From Eledone cirrhosa (Eukaryota): a stretch of 64,000 nt of DNA. A program made the translations under genes and the position numbers. A model generated the notes under the pieces. That model saw only the letters and a list, made by a program, of their open reading frames with translations, had not been told where the DNA came from and ran no database searches. Within the stretch, counting starts at the first letter, position 1; every line of letters begins with the position of its first letter. The stretch is taken from NCBI GenBank assembly GCA_964016885.1, contig OZ024744.1, positions 18,600,001 through 18,664,000 on the forward strand. Direction: 5' to 3'. This document shows positions 26,781 through 41,700 of the stretch, piece by piece.

Positions 26781-29779
26781 TATGTTTCTGTATGTCTGTT
26801 TCACTGTGTATGTCACTGTGTCTTTATGTATGTCTGTGTCACTCTGTATGTCACTGTACATTTCGGTATGTCTGTGTCACTGTGTATGTCACTGTATGTT
26901 TCTGTATGTCTGTGTCTATGTGTATGTCACTGTATGTTTCTGTATGTCTGTGTCACTGTGTATGTCAATGTATGTTTATGTATGTCTGTTTCACTGTGTA
27001 TGTCAGTGTGTTTCTGTATGTCTGTGTCACTCTGTATGTCACTGTATATTTCTGTATGTCTGTGTCACTGTGTATGTCACTGTATGTTTCTGTATGTCTG
27101 TGTCACTGTGTATGTCACTGTGTGTTTCTGTATGTCTGTGTCACTGTATATGTCATTGTATCTTTGTGTATGCCTGTGTCACTGTTTATGTGACTGTATG
27201 TTTCTGTATGTCTGTTTCAGTGTGTATGTCACTGTATATTTGTGTATGTCTGGGTCACTGTGTATGTCACTGTATATGTGTGTATGTCTGTGACACGGTG
27301 TATATCACTGTATGTTTGTGTATGTCTGTGTCACTGTGTATGTCACTGTGTGTTTCTGTATGTCTGTGTCACTGTGTATATCAATGTGTGTTTCTGTATC
27401 TCTGTGTCACGGTGTATGTCACTGCATGTTTGTGTATGTCTGTGTGACTGTGTATGTCACTGTGTGTTTCTGTATGGCTGTGTCACTGTGTATGTCACTG
27501 TATCTTTGTGTATGTCTGTGTCACTCTGTATGTCACTGTATATTTCTGTATGTCTGTGTCACTGTGTATATCACTGTATGTTTCTGTATGTATGTGTCAC
27601 TGTGTGTTTCTGTATGGCTGTGTCACTGTGTATGTCACTGTATCTTTGTGTATGTCTGTGTCACTGTGTATGTCACAGTGTGTTTCTGTATGTCTGTGTC
27701 ACTGTCTATGTTACTGTATGTTTCTGAATGTCTGTGTCACTGTGTATGTCACTGTGTGTTTGTGTATGTCTGTGTCACTGTATGTTTCTGTATGTCTGTG
27801 TCACTGTGTATGTCACTGTGTGTTTCTGTATGTCTGTGTCACAGTGTATGACATTGTATCTTTGTGTATGTCTGTGTCACTGTGTATGTCACTGTATGTT
27901 TCTGTATGTTTGTGTCACTGTGTATGTCACTGTGTGTTTCTGTATGTTTGTGTCTCTGTGTATGTCACTGTATGTTTCTGTATGTCTGTTTCACTGTGTA
28001 TGTCACTGTGTCTTTATGTATGTCTGTGTCACTCTGTATGTCACTGTATATTTCTGTATGTCTGTGTCACAGTGTATGTCACTGTATGTTTCTGTATGTC
28101 TGTGTCACTGTGTATGTCACTGTATGCTTCTGTATGTCTGTGTCACTGTGTATGTCACTGTATCTTTGTGTATGTCTGTGTCCCTGTGTATGTCACTGTA
28201 TGTTTCTGTATGTTTGTGTCACTGTGTATGTCACTGTGTGTTTCTGTATGTCTGTGTCACTGTGTATGTCACTGTGTGTTTCTGTATGTTTGTGTTACTG
28301 TGTATGTCACTAAATGTTTGTGTGTGTCTGTGTCTCTGTGTATGTCACTGTTTGTTTGCGTGTGTCTGTGTCACTGTGTATGTCACTGTGTGTTTCTGTA
28401 TGTCACTGTGTGTTTGTGCATGTCTGTGTCACTGTATGTTTCTGTATGTCTGTGTCACAGTGTATGTCACTGTGTGTTTCTGTATGTATGTGTCACCGTG
28501 TATGTCACTGTATCTTTGTGTATGCCTGTGTCACTGTGTATGTCCCTGTGTGTTTCTGTATGTTTGTGTCACTGTGTATGTCACTAAATGTTTGTGTGTG
28601 TCTGTGTCACTGTGTATGTCACTGTGTGTTTCTGTATGTCTGTGTGACTGTGTATGTGACTGTTTGTTTCTGCATGTCTGTGTCACTGTGTATGTCACTG
28701 TGTGTTTCTGTATGTCTGTGTCACTGTGTATGTCACTGTATGTTTCTGTATGTCTGTTTCACTGTGTATATCACTGTGTGTTTCTGTATGTCTGTGTCAC
28801 TGTATATGTCACTGTATCTTTGTGTATGCCTGTGTCACTGTCTATGTCTCTGTATGTTTCTGTATGTCTGTGTCACTATGTATGCCACTGAATATTTGTG
28901 TTGTCTGTGTCATTGTATATGTCACTGGGTGTTTCTGTATGTCTGTGTCACTGTGTATGACACTGTGTCTTTCTGTATGTATGTATCACTGTGTATGTCA
29001 CTGTGTGTATCTGTATGTCTGTGTCACTGTGTAAGTCATTGTATATTTGTGTATGTCTGTGTCACTGTGTATGTCACTGTATGTTTCTGTAAGTTTGTGT
29101 CACTGTGTATGTCACTGTGTGTTTCTGTATGTCTGTGTCTCTGTGTATGTCACTGTATGTTTCTGTATGTCTGTTTCACTGTGTATGTCACTGTGTCTTT
29201 ATGTATGTCTGTGTCACTCTGTATGTCACTGTATATTTCTGTATGTCTGTGTCACTGTGTATGTCACTGTATGTTTCTGTATGTTTGTGTCACTGTGTAT
29301 GTCACTGTATGTTTCTGTATGTCTGTTTCACTGTGTATGTCACTGTGTCTTTATGTATGTCTGTGTCACTCTGTATGTCACTGTACATTTCGGTATGTCT
29401 GTGTCACTGTGTATGTCACTGTATGTTTCTGTATGTCTGTGTCTATGTGTATGTCACTGTATGTTTCTGTATGTCTGTGTCACTGTGTATGTCAATGTAT
29501 GTTTATGTATGTCTGTTTCACTGTGTATGTCAGTGTGTTTCTGTATGTCTGTGTCACTCTGTATGTCACTGTATATTTCTGTATGTCTGTGTCACTGTGT
29601 ATGTCACTGTATGTTTCTGTATGTCTGTGTCACTGTGTATGTCACTGTGTGTTTCTGTATGTCTGTGTCACTGTATATGTCATTGTATCTTTGTGTATGC
29701 CTGTGTCACTGTTTATGTGACTGTATGTTTCTGTATGTCTGTTTCAGTGTGTATGTCACTGTATATTTGTGTATGTCTG
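24712..29779. repeat. Apparently perfect tandem duplication, period 2527 bp
   Basis: ORF pairs 24785/27312, 24927/27454, 25201/27728, 25787/28314 and 26175/28702 have matching length and translation. A private 2-bp deletion (TGTCAGTGTG) is present in both copies (~27004, ~29531). The junction is near 27240-27250. Confidence 0.92.
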
Positions 29780-32700
29780 TGTCACTCTGTATGTCACTGT
29801 GTGTTTCTGTATGTCTGTGTCACTATGTATGCCACTGTATGTTTGTGTTATCTGTGTCATTGTATATGTCACTGGGTGTTTCTGTATGTCTGTGTCACTG
29901 TGTATGACACTGTGTGTTTCTGTATGTATGTATCACTGTGTATGTCACTGTGTGTTTCTGTATGTCTGTGTCACTATGTAAGTCATTGTATCTTTGTGTA
30001 TGTCTGTGGCACTCTGTATGTTGTTGTGTGTTTCTGTATGTATGTGTCTCTGTGTATGTCACTGTATCTTTGTGTATGTATGTGTCACTGTGTATGTTAC
30101 TGTGAGTTTATGTATGTCTGTGTCACTGTGTATGTCACTGTATGTCTATGTATGTCTGTGTCACTGTCTATGTCACTGTATCTTTGTGTATGTCTGTATC
30201 ACTGTGTATGTCACTGTGTGTTTATGTATGTCTGTGTCTCTGTGTATGTCACTGTATCTTTGCGTATGTCTGCGTCACTGTGTATGTCACTGTGTGTTTC
30301 TGTATGTCTGTGTCACTGTGTATGTCACAGTGTGTTTCTGTATATCTGTGTCTCTGTGTATGTCACTGTATCTTTGTGTATGTCTGTGTCACTGTGTATG
30401 TCACTGTATGTTTCTGTATGTATGTTTCACTGTGTATGTCACTAAATGTTTGTGTGTGTCTGTGTCTCTGTGTATGTCACTGTGTGTTTGCGTGTGTCTG
30501 TGTCACTGTGTATGTCACTGTTTGTTTCTGTATGTCTGTGTGACTGTGTATGTCACTGTTTGTTTGTGTATGTCTGTGTCACTGTGTGTGTTTCTGTATG
30601 TCTGTGTCACTGTGTATGTCATTGCATCTTTGTGTATGTCTGTGTCACTCTGTATGTCACTGTGTCTTTCTGCATGTCTGTGTCACTGTGTATGTCACTG
30701 TGTGTTCCTGTATGTCTGTGTCACTGTATATGTCACTGTATCTTTGTGTATGCCTGTGTCACTGTCTATGTCACTGTATGTTTCTGTATGTCTGTTTCAC
30801 TGTGTATGTCACTGTATATATGTGTATGTCTGTGTCACTCTGCATGTCACTGTGTGTTTCTGTATGTCTGTGTCACTATGCATGCCACTGTATGTTTGTG
30901 TTGTCTGTGTCATTGTGTATGTCACTGGGTGTTTCTGTATGTCTGTGTCACTGTGTATGACACTGTGTCTTTCTGTATGTATGTATCACTGTGTATGTCA
31001 CTGCGTGTATCTGTATGTCTGTGTCACTGTGTAAGTCATTGTATCTTTGTGTATGTCTGTGGCACTCTGTATGTCGTTGTGTGTTTCTGTATTTATGTGT
31101 CTCTGTGTATGTCACTGTATATTTGTGTATGTATGTGTCACTGTGTATGTCACTGTGAGTTTCTCTATGTCTGTGTCACTGTGTATGTCACTGTATGTCT
31201 CTGTATGTCTGTGTCACTGTCTATGTCACTGTATCTTTGTGTATGTCTGTGTCACTGTGTATGTCACTGTGTGTTTATGTATTTCTGTGTCTCTGTGTAT
31301 GCCACTGTATCTTTGTGTATGTCTGCGTCACTGTGTATGTCACTGTGTGCTTCTGTATGTCTATGTCACTGTGTATGTCACAGTGTGTTTCTGTATATAT
31401 GTGTCTCTGTGTATGTCACTGTATCTTTGTGTATGTCTGTGTCACTGTGTGTTTCTGTATGTCTGTGTCACTGTGTATGTCACTGTATGTTTGTGTGTGT
31501 CTGTGTCACTGTGTATGTCACTGTGTGTTTGTGTATGTCTGTGTCACTGTATGTTTCTGTATGTCTGTGTCACTGTGTATGTCACTGTTTGTTTCTGTAT
31601 GTATGTGTCACTGTGTATGTCACCGTATGTGTGTGTATGTCTGTGTCACGGTGTATGTCACTGTATCTTTGTGTATGCCTGTGTCACTGTGTATATCACT
31701 GTGTGTTTCTGTATGTCTGTGTCACTGTGTATGTCACTGTATGTTTGTGTATGCCTGTGTCACTGTGTATGTCGCTGTGTGTTTCTGTATGTCTGTGTCA
31801 CTGTGTATGTCACTGTGTGTTTCTGTATGTCGGTGTCACTGTGTATATCACTGTGTGTTTCTGTATATCTGTGTCTCTGTGTATGTCACTGTTTGTTTGC
31901 GTGTGTCTGTGTCACTGTGTATGTCACTGTGTGTTTCTGTATGTCTGTGTGACTGTGTATGTCACTGTGTGTTTGTGTATGTCTGTGTCACTGTATGTTT
32001 CTGTATGTCTGTGTCACTGTGTATGTCACTGTGTGTTTCTGTATGTATGTGTCACCGTGTATGTCACTGTATCTTTGTGTATGCCTGTGTCACTGTGTAT
32101 GTCACTGTGTGTTTCTGTATGTTTGTGTCACTGTGTATGTCACTAAATGTTTGTGTATGTCTGTGTCTCTGTGTATGTCACTGTGTGTTTGCGTGTGTCT
32201 GTGTCACTGTGTATGTCACTGTGTGTTTCTGTATGTCTGTGTGACTGTGTATGTCACTGTTTGTTTGTGTATGTCTGTGTCACTGTGTGTGTTTCTGTAT
32301 GTCTGTGTCACTGTGTATGTCATTGAATCTTTGTGTATGTCTGTCTCACTCTGTATGTCACTGTGTGTTTCTGCATGTCTGTTTCACTGTGTATGTCACT
32401 GTGTGTTTCTGTATGTCTGTGTCACGGTGTATGTCACTGTACGTTTGTGTGTGACTGTGTCACTGTGTATGTCACTAAATGTTTGTGTGTGTCTGTGTCT
32501 CTGTGTATGTCACTGTTTGTTTGCGTGTGTCTGTGTCACTGTGTATGTCACTGTATGTTTCTGTATGTCTGTGTCACTTTGTATGTCACTGTGTGTTTCT
32601 GTGTGTATGTGTCACCGTGTATGTCACTGTATCTTTGTGTATGCCTGTGTCATTGTGTATGTCACTGTGTGTTTCTGTATGTGTGTGTCACTGTGTATGT

Positions 32701-35700
32701 CACTAAATGTTTGTGTGTGTCTGTGTCACTGTGTATGTCACTGTGTGTTTCTGTATGTCTGTGTGACTGTGTATGTCACTGTTTGTTTGTGTATGTCTGT
32801 GTCACTGTGTGTGTTTCTGTATGTCTGTGTCACTGTGTATGTCATTGCATTTTTGTGTATGTTTGTCTCACTGTGTATGTCACTGTGTGTTTCTGCATGT
32901 CTGTGTCACTGTGTATGTCACTGTGTGCTTCTGTATGTCTGTGTCACTGTGTATGTCACTGTATGTTTCTGTATGTCTCTTTCACTGTGTATATCACTGT
33001 GTGTTTCTGTATGTCTGTGTCACTGTATATGTCACTGTATCTTTGTGTATGCCTGTGTCACTGTCTATGTCACTGTATGTTTCTGTATGTCTGTTTCACT
33101 GTGTATGTCACTGTATATTTGTGTATGTATGTGTCACTCTGTATGTCACTGTGTGTTTCTGTATGTCTGTGTCACTATGTATGCCACTGTATATTTGTGT
33201 TGTCTGTGTCATTGTGTATGTCACTGGGTGTTTCTGTATGTTTGTGTCACTGTGTATGACACTGTGTCTTTCTGTATGTATGTATCACTGTGTATGTCAC
33301 TGTGTGTATCTGTATGTCGGTGTCACTGTGTAAGTCATTGTATCTTTGTGTATGTCTGTGGCACTCTGTATGTCGTTGTGTGTTTCTGTATGTATGTGTC
33401 TCTGTGTATGTCACTGTATATTTGTGTATGTATGTGTCACTGTGTATGTCACTGTGAGTTTCTCTATGTCTGTGTCACTGTGTATGTCACTGTATGTCTC
33501 TGTATGTCTGTGTCACTGTCTATGTCACTGTATCTTTGTGTATGTCTGTGTCACTGTGTATGTCACTGTGTGTTTCTGTATCTCTGTGTCACGGTGTATG
33601 TCACTGCATGTTTGTGTATGTCTGTGTGACTGTGTATGTCACTGTGTATGTCACTGTATCTTTGTGTATGTCTGTGTCACTGTGTATGTCACAGTGTGTT
33701 TCTGTATGTCTGTGTCACTGTATATGTCACTGTATGTTTCTGAATGTCTGTGTCACTGTGTATGTCACTGTGTGTTTCTGTATGTCTGTGTCACGGTGTA
33801 TGTCACTGTATGTTTGTGTGTGACTGTGTCACTGTGTATGTCACTGTGTGTTTGTGTATGTCTGTGTCACTGTAAGTTTCTGTATGTCTGTGTCACTGTG
33901 TATGTCACTGTGTGTTTCTGGATGTCTGTGTCACTGTGTATGTCATTGTATCTTTGTGTATGTCTGTGTCACTGTGCATGTCACTGTATGTTTCTGTAAG
34001 TTTGTGTCACTGTGTATGTCACTGTATGTTTATGTATGTCTGTTTCACTGTGTATGTCACTGTGTCTTTATGTATGTCTGTGTCACTCTGTATGTCACTG
34101 TATATTTCTGTATGTCTGTGTCACTGTGTATGTCACTGTATGTTTCTGTATGTCTGTGTCACTGTGTATGTCACTGTATGCTTCTGTATGTCTGTGTCAC
34201 TGTGTATGTCACTGTATCTTTGTGTATGTCTGTGTCCCTGTGTATGTCACTGTATGTTTCTGTATGTTTGTGTCACTGTGTATGTCACTGTGTGTTTCTG
34301 TATGTCTGTGTCACTGTGTATGTCACTGTGTGTTTCTGTATGTTTGTGTCACTGTGTATGTCACTAAATGTTTGTGTGTGTCTGTGTCTCTGTGTATGTC
34401 ACTGTTTGTGTGCGTGTGTCTGTGTCACTGTGTATGTCACTGTGTGTTTCTGTATGTCTGTGTGACTGTCTATGTCACTGTGTGTTTCTGTATGTTTGTG
34501 TCACTGTGTATGTCACTAAATGTTTGTGTGTGTCTGTGTCTCTGTGTATGTCACTGTTTGTTTGCGTGTGTATGTGTCACTGTGTATGTCACTGTATGTT
34601 TCTGTATGTCTGTGTCACTTTGTATGTCACTGTGTGTTTCTGTATGTATGTGTCACCGTGTATGTCACTGTATCTTTGTGTATGCCTGTGTCACTGTGTA
34701 TGTCACTGTGTGTTTCTGTATGTTTGTGTCACTGTGTATGTCACTAAATGTTTGTGTGTGTCTGTGTCACTGTGTATGTCACTGTGTGTTTCTGTATGTC
34801 TGTGTGACTGTGTATGTCACTGTTTGTTTGTGTATGTCTGTGTCACTGTGTGTGTTTCTGTATGTCTGTGTCACTGTGTATGTCATTGCATCTTTGTGTA
34901 TGTCTGTCTCACTGTGTATGTCACTGTGTGTTTCTGCATGTCTGTGTCACTGTGTATATCAATGTGTGTTTCTGTATCTCTGTGTCACGGTGTATGTCAC
35001 TGCATGTTTGTGTATGTCTGTGTGACTGTGTATGTCACTGTGTGTTTCTGTATGGCTGTGTCACTGTGTATGTCACTGTATCTTTGTGTATGTCTGTGTC
35101 ACTCTGTATGTCACTGTATATTTCTGTATGTCTGTGTCACTGTGTATATCACTGTATGTTTCTGTATGTATGTGGCACTGTGTGTTTCTGTATGGCTGTG
35201 TCACTGTGTATGTCACTGTATCTTTGTGTATGTCTGTGTCACTGTGTATGTCACAGTGTGTTTCTGTATGTCTGTGTCACTGTCTATGTTACTGTATGTT
35301 TCTGAATGTCTGTGTCACTGTGTATGTCACTGTGTGTTTGTGTATGTCTGTGTCACTGTATGTTTCTGTATGTCTGTGTCACTGTGTATGTCACTGTGTG
35401 TTTCTGTATGTCTGTGTCACAGTGTATGACATTGTATCTTTGTGTATGTCTGTGTCACTGTGTATGTCACTGTATGTTTCTGTATGTTTGTGTCACTGTG
35501 TATGTCACTGTGTGTTTCTGTATGTTTGTGTCTCTGTGTATGTCACTGTATGTTTCTGTATGTCTGTTTCACTGTGTATGTCACTGTGTCTTTATGTATG
35601 TCTGTGTCACTCTGTATGTCACTGTATATTTCTGTATGTCTGTGTCACAGTGTATGTCACTGTATGTTTCTGTATGTCTGTGTCACTGTGTATGTCACTG

Positions 35701-38700
35701 TATGCTTCTGTATGTCTGTGTCACTGTGTATGTCACTGTATCTTTGTGTATGTCTGTGTCCCTGTGTATGTCACTGTATGTTTCTGTATGTTTGTGTCAC
35801 TGTGTATGTCACTGTGTGTTTCTGTATGTCTGTGTCACTGTGTATGTCACTGTGTGTTTCTGTATGTTTGTGTTACTGTGTATGTCACTAAATGTTTGTG
35901 TGTGTCTGTGTCTCTGTGTATGTCACTGTTTGTTTGCGTGTGTCTGTGTCACTGTGTATGTCACTGTGTGTTTCTGTATGTCACTGTGTGTTTGTGCATG
36001 TCTGTGTCACTGTATGTTTCTGTATGTCTGTGTCACAGTGTATGTCACTGTGTGTTTCTGTATGTATGTGTCACCGTGTATGTCACTGTATCTTTGTGTA
36101 TGCCTGTGTCACTGTGTATGTCCCTGTGTGTTTCTGTATGTTTGTGTCACTGTGTATGTCACTAAATGTTTGTGTGTGTCTGTGTCACTGTGTATGTCAC
36201 TGTGTGTTTCTGTATGTCTGTGTGACTGTGTATGTGACTGTTTGTTTCTGCATGTCTGTGTCACTGTGTATGTCACTGTGTGTTTCTGTATGTCTGTGTC
36301 ACTGTGTATGTCACTGTATGTTTCTGTATGTCTGTTTCACTGTGTATATCACTGTGTGTTTCTGTATGTCTGTGTCACTGTATATGTCACTGTATCTTTG
36401 TGTATGCCTGTGTCACTGTCTATGTCTCTGTATGTTTCTGTATGTCTGTGTCACTATGTATGCCACTGAATATTTGTGTTGTCTGTGTCATTGTATATGT
36501 CACTGGGTGTTTCTGTATGTCTGTGTCACTGTGTATGACACTGTGTCTTTCTGTATGTATGTATCACTGTGTATGTCACTGTGTGTATCTGTATGTCTGT
36601 GTCACTGTGTAAGTCATTGTATATTTGTGTATGTCTGTGTCACTGTGTATGTCACTGTATGTTTCTGTAAGTTTGTGTCACTGTGTATGTCACTGTGTGT
36701 TTCTGTATGTCTGTGTCTCTGTGTATGTCACTGTATGTTTCTGTATGTCTGTTTCACTGTGTATGTCACTGTGTCTTTATGTATGTCTGTGTCACTCTGT
36801 ATGTCACTGTATATTTCTGTATGTCTGTGTCACTGTGTATGTCACTGTATGTTTCTGTATGTTTGTGTCACTGTGTATGTCACTGTATGTTTCTGTATGT
36901 CTGTTTCACTGTGTATGTCACTGTGTCTTTATGTATGTCTGTGTCACTCTGTATGTCACTGTACATTTCGGTATGTCTGTGTCACTGTGTATGTCACTGT
37001 ATGTTTCTGTATGTCTGTGTCTATGTGTATGTCACTGTATGTTTCTGTATGTCTGTGTCACTGTGTATGTCAATGTATGTTTATGTATGTCTGTTTCACT
37101 GTGTATGTCACTGTGTGTTTCTGTATGTCTGTGTCACTCTGTATGTCACTGTATATTTCTGTATGTCTGTGTCACTGTGTATGTCACTGTATGTTTCTGT
37201 ATGTCTGTGTCACTGTGTATGTCACTGTGTGTTTCTGTATGTCTGTGTCACTGTATATGTCATTGTATCTTTGTGTATGCCTGTGTCACTGTTTATGTGA
37301 CTGTATGTTTCTGTATGTCTGTTTCAGTGTGTATGTCACTGTATATTTGTGTATGTCTGTGTCACTCTGTATGTCACTGTGTGTTTCTGTATGTCTGTGT
37401 CACTATGTATGCCACTGTATGTTTGTGTTATCTGTGTCATTGTATATGTCACTGGGTGTTTCTGTATGTCTGTGTCACTGTGTATGACACTGTGTGTTTC
37501 TGTATGTATGTATCACTGTGTATGTCACTGTGTGTTTCTGTATGTCTGTGTCACTATGTAAGTCATTGTATCTTTGTGTATGTCTGTGGCACTCTGTATG
37601 TTGTTGTGTGTTTCTGTATGTATGTGTCTCTGTGTATGTCACTGTATCTTTGTGTATGTATGTGTCACTGTGTATGTTACTGTGAGTTTATGTATGTCTG
37701 TGTCACTGTGTATGTCACTGTATGTCTATGTATGTCTGTGTCACTGTCTATGTCACTGTATCTTTGTGTATGTCTGTATCACTGTGTATGTCACTGTGTG
37801 TTTATGTATGTCTGTGTCTCTGTGTATGTCACTGTATCTTTGCGTATGTCTGCGTCACTGTGTATGTCACTGTGTGTTTCTGTATGTCTGTGTCACTGTG
37901 TATGTCACAGTGTGTTTCTGTATATCTGTGTCTCTGTGTATGTCACTGTATCTTTGTGTATGTCTGTGTCACTGTGTATGTCACTGTATGTTTCTGTATG
38001 TATGTTTCACTGTGTATGTCACTAAATGTTTGTGTGTGTCTGTGTCTCTGTGTATGTCACTGTGTGTTTGCGTGTGTCTGTGTCACTGTGTATGTCACTG
38101 TTTGTTTCTGTATGTCTGTGTGACTGTGTATGTCACTGTTTGTTTGTGTATGTCTGTGTCACTGTGTGTGTTTCTGTATGTCTGTGTCACTGTGTATGTC
38201 ATTGCATCTTTGTGTATGTCTGTGTCACTCTGTATGTCACTGTGTCTTTCTGCATGTCTGTGTCACTGTGTATGTCACTGTGTGTTCCTGTATGTCTGTG
38301 TCACTGTATATGTCACTGTATCTTTGTGTATGCCTGTGTCACTGTCTATGTCACTGTATGTTTCTGTATGTCTGTTTCACTGTGTATGTCACTGTATATA
38401 TGTGTATGTCTGTGTCACTCTGCATGTCACTGTGTGTTTCTGTATGTCTGTGTCACTATGCATGCCACTGTATGTTTGTGTTGTCTGTGTCATTGTGTAT
38501 GTCACTGGGTGTTTCTGTATGTCTGTGTCACTGTGTATGACACTGTGTCTTTCTGTATGTATGTATCACTGTGTATGTCACTGCGTGTATCTGTATGTCT
38601 GTGTCACTGTGTAAGTCATTGTATCTTTGTGTATGTCTGTGGCACTCTGTATGTCGTTGTGTGTTTCTGTATTTATGTGTCTCTGTGTATGTCACTGTAT

Positions 38701-41700
38701 ATTTGTGTATGTATGTGTCACTGTGTATGTCACTGTGAGTTTCTCTATGTCTGTGTCACTGTGTATGTCACTGTATGTCTCTGTATGTCTGTGTCACTGT
38801 CTATGTCACTGTATCTTTGTGTATGTCTGTGTCACTGTGTATGTCACTGTGTGTTTATGTATTTCTGTGTCTCTGTGTATGCCACTGTATCTTTGTGTAT
38901 GTCTGCGTCACTGTGTATGTCACTGTGTGCTTCTGTATGTCTATGTCACTGTGTATGTCACAGTGTGTTTCTGTATATATGTGTCTCTGTGTATGTCACT
39001 GTATCTTTGTGTATGTCTGTGTCACTGTGTGTTTCTGTATGTCTGTGTCACTGTGTATGTCACTGTATGTTTGTGTGTGTCTGTGTCACTGTGTATGTCA
39101 CTGTGTGTTTGTGTATGTCTGTGTCACTGTATGTTTCTGTATGTCTGTGTCACTGTGTATGTCACTGTTTGTTTCTGTATGTATGTGTCACTGTGTATGT
39201 CACCGTATGTGTGTGTATGTCTGTGTCACGGTGTATGTCACTGTATCTTTGTGTATGCCTGTGTCACTGTGTATATCACTGTGTGTTTCTGTATGTCTGT
39301 GTCACTGTGTATGTCACTGTATGTTTGTGTATGCCTGTGTCACTGTGTATGTCGCTGTGTGTTTCTGTATGTCTGTGTCACTGTGTATGTCACTGTGTGT
39401 TTCTGTATGTCGGTGTCACTGTGTATATCACTGTGTGTTTCTGTATATCTGTGTCTCTGTGTATGTCACTGTTTGTTTGCGTGTGTCTGTGTCACTGTGT
39501 ATGTCACTGTGTGTTTCTGTATGTCTGTGTGACTGTGTATGTCACTGTGTGTTTGTGTATGTCTGTGTCACTGTATGTTTCTGTATGTCTGTGTCACTGT
39601 GTATGTCACTGTGTGTTTCTGTATGTATGTGTCACCGTGTATGTCACTGTATCTTTGTGTATGCCTGTGTCACGGTGTATGTCACTGTACGTTTGTGTGT
39701 GACTGTGTCACTGTGTATGTCACTAAATGTTTGTGTGTGTCTGTGTCTCTGTGTATGTCACTGTTTGTTTGCGTGTGTCTGTGTCACTGTGTATGTCACT
39801 GTATGTTTCTGTATGTCTGTGTCACTTTGTATGTCACTGTGTGTTTCTGTGTGTATGTGTCACCGTGTATGTCACTGTATCTTTGTGTATGCCTGTGTCA
39901 CTGTGTATGTCACTGTGTGTTTCTGTATGTTTGTGTCACTGTGTATGTCACTAAATGTTTGTGTGTGTCTGTGTCACTGTGTATGTCACTGTGTGTTTCT
40001 GTATGTCTGTGTGACTGTGTATGTCACTGTTTGTTTGTGTATGTCTGTGTCACTGTGTGTGTTTCTGTATGTCTGTGTCACTGTGTATGTCATTGCATTT
40101 TTGTGTATGTCTGTCTCACTGTGTATGTCACTGTGTGTTTCTGCATGTCTGTGTCACTGTGTATGTCACTGTGTGCTTCTGTATGTCTGTGTCACTGTGT
40201 ATGTCACTGTATGTTTCTGTATGTCTCTTTCACTGTGTATATCACTGTGTGTTTCTGTATGTCTGTGTCACTGTATATGTCACTGTATCTTTGTGTATGC
40301 CTGTGTCACTGTCTATGTCACTGTATGTTTCTGTATGTCTGTTTCACTGTGTATGTCACTGTATATTTGTGTATGTATGTGTCACTCTGTATGTCACTGT
40401 GTGTTTCTGTATGTCTGTGTCACTATGTATGCCACTGTATATTTGTGTTGTCTGTGTCATTGTGTATGTCACTGGGTGTTTCTGTATGTTTGTGTCACTG
40501 TGTATGACACTGTGTCTTTCTGTATGTATGTATCACTGTGTATGTCACTGTGTGTATCTGTATGTCGGTGTCACTGTGTAAGTCATTGTATCTTTGTGTA
40601 TGTCTGTGGCACTCTGTATGTCGTTGTGTGTTTCTGTATGTATGTGTCTCTGTGTATGTCACTGTATATTTGTGTATGTATGTGTCACTGTGTATGTCAC
40701 TGTGAGTTTCTCTATGTCTGTGTCACTGTGTATGTCACTGTATGTCTCTGTATGTCTGTGTCACTGTCTATGTCACTGTATCTTTGTGTATGTCTGTGTC
40801 ACTGTGTATGTCACTGTGTGTTTCTGTATCTCTGTGTCACGGTGTATGTCACTGCATGTTTGTGTATGTCTGTGTGACTGTGTATGTCACTGTGTATGTC
40901 ACTGTATCTTTGTGTATGTCTGTGTCACTGTGTATGTCACAGTGTGTTTCTGTATGTCTGTGTCACTGTATATGTCACTGTATGTTTCTGAATGTCTGTG
41001 TCACTGTGTATGTCACTGTGTGTTTCTGTATGTCTGTGTCACGGTGTATGTCACTGTATGTTTGTGTGTGACTGTGTCACTGTGTATGTCACTGTGTGTT
41101 TGTGTATGTCTGTGTCACTGTAAGTTTCTGTATGTCTGTGTCACTGTGTATGTCACTGTGTGTTTCTGGATGTCTGTGTCACTGTGTATGTCATTGTATC
41201 TTTGTGTATGTCTGTGTCACTGTGCATGTCACTGTATGTTTCTGTAAGTTTGTGTCACTGTGTATGTCACTGTATGTTTATGTATGTCTGTTTCACTGTG
41301 TATGTCACTGTGTCTTTATGTATGTCTGTGTCACTCTGTATGTCACTGTATATTTCTGTATGTCTGTGTCACTGTGTATGTCACTGTATGTTTCTGTATG
41401 TCTGTGTCACTGTGTATGTCACTGTATGCTTCTGTATGTCTGTGTCACTGTGTATGTCACTGTATCTTTGTGTATGTCTGTGTCCCTGTGTATGTCACTG
41501 TATGTTTCTGTATGTTTGTGTCACTGTGTATGTCACTGTGTGTTTCTGTATGTCTGTGTCACTGTGTATGTCACTGTGTGTTTCTGTATGTTTGTGTCAC
41601 TGTGTATGTCACTAAATGTTTGTGTGTGTCTGTGTCTCTGTGTATGTCACTGTTTGTGTGCGTGTGTCTGTGTCACTGTGTATGTCACTGTGTGTTTCTG

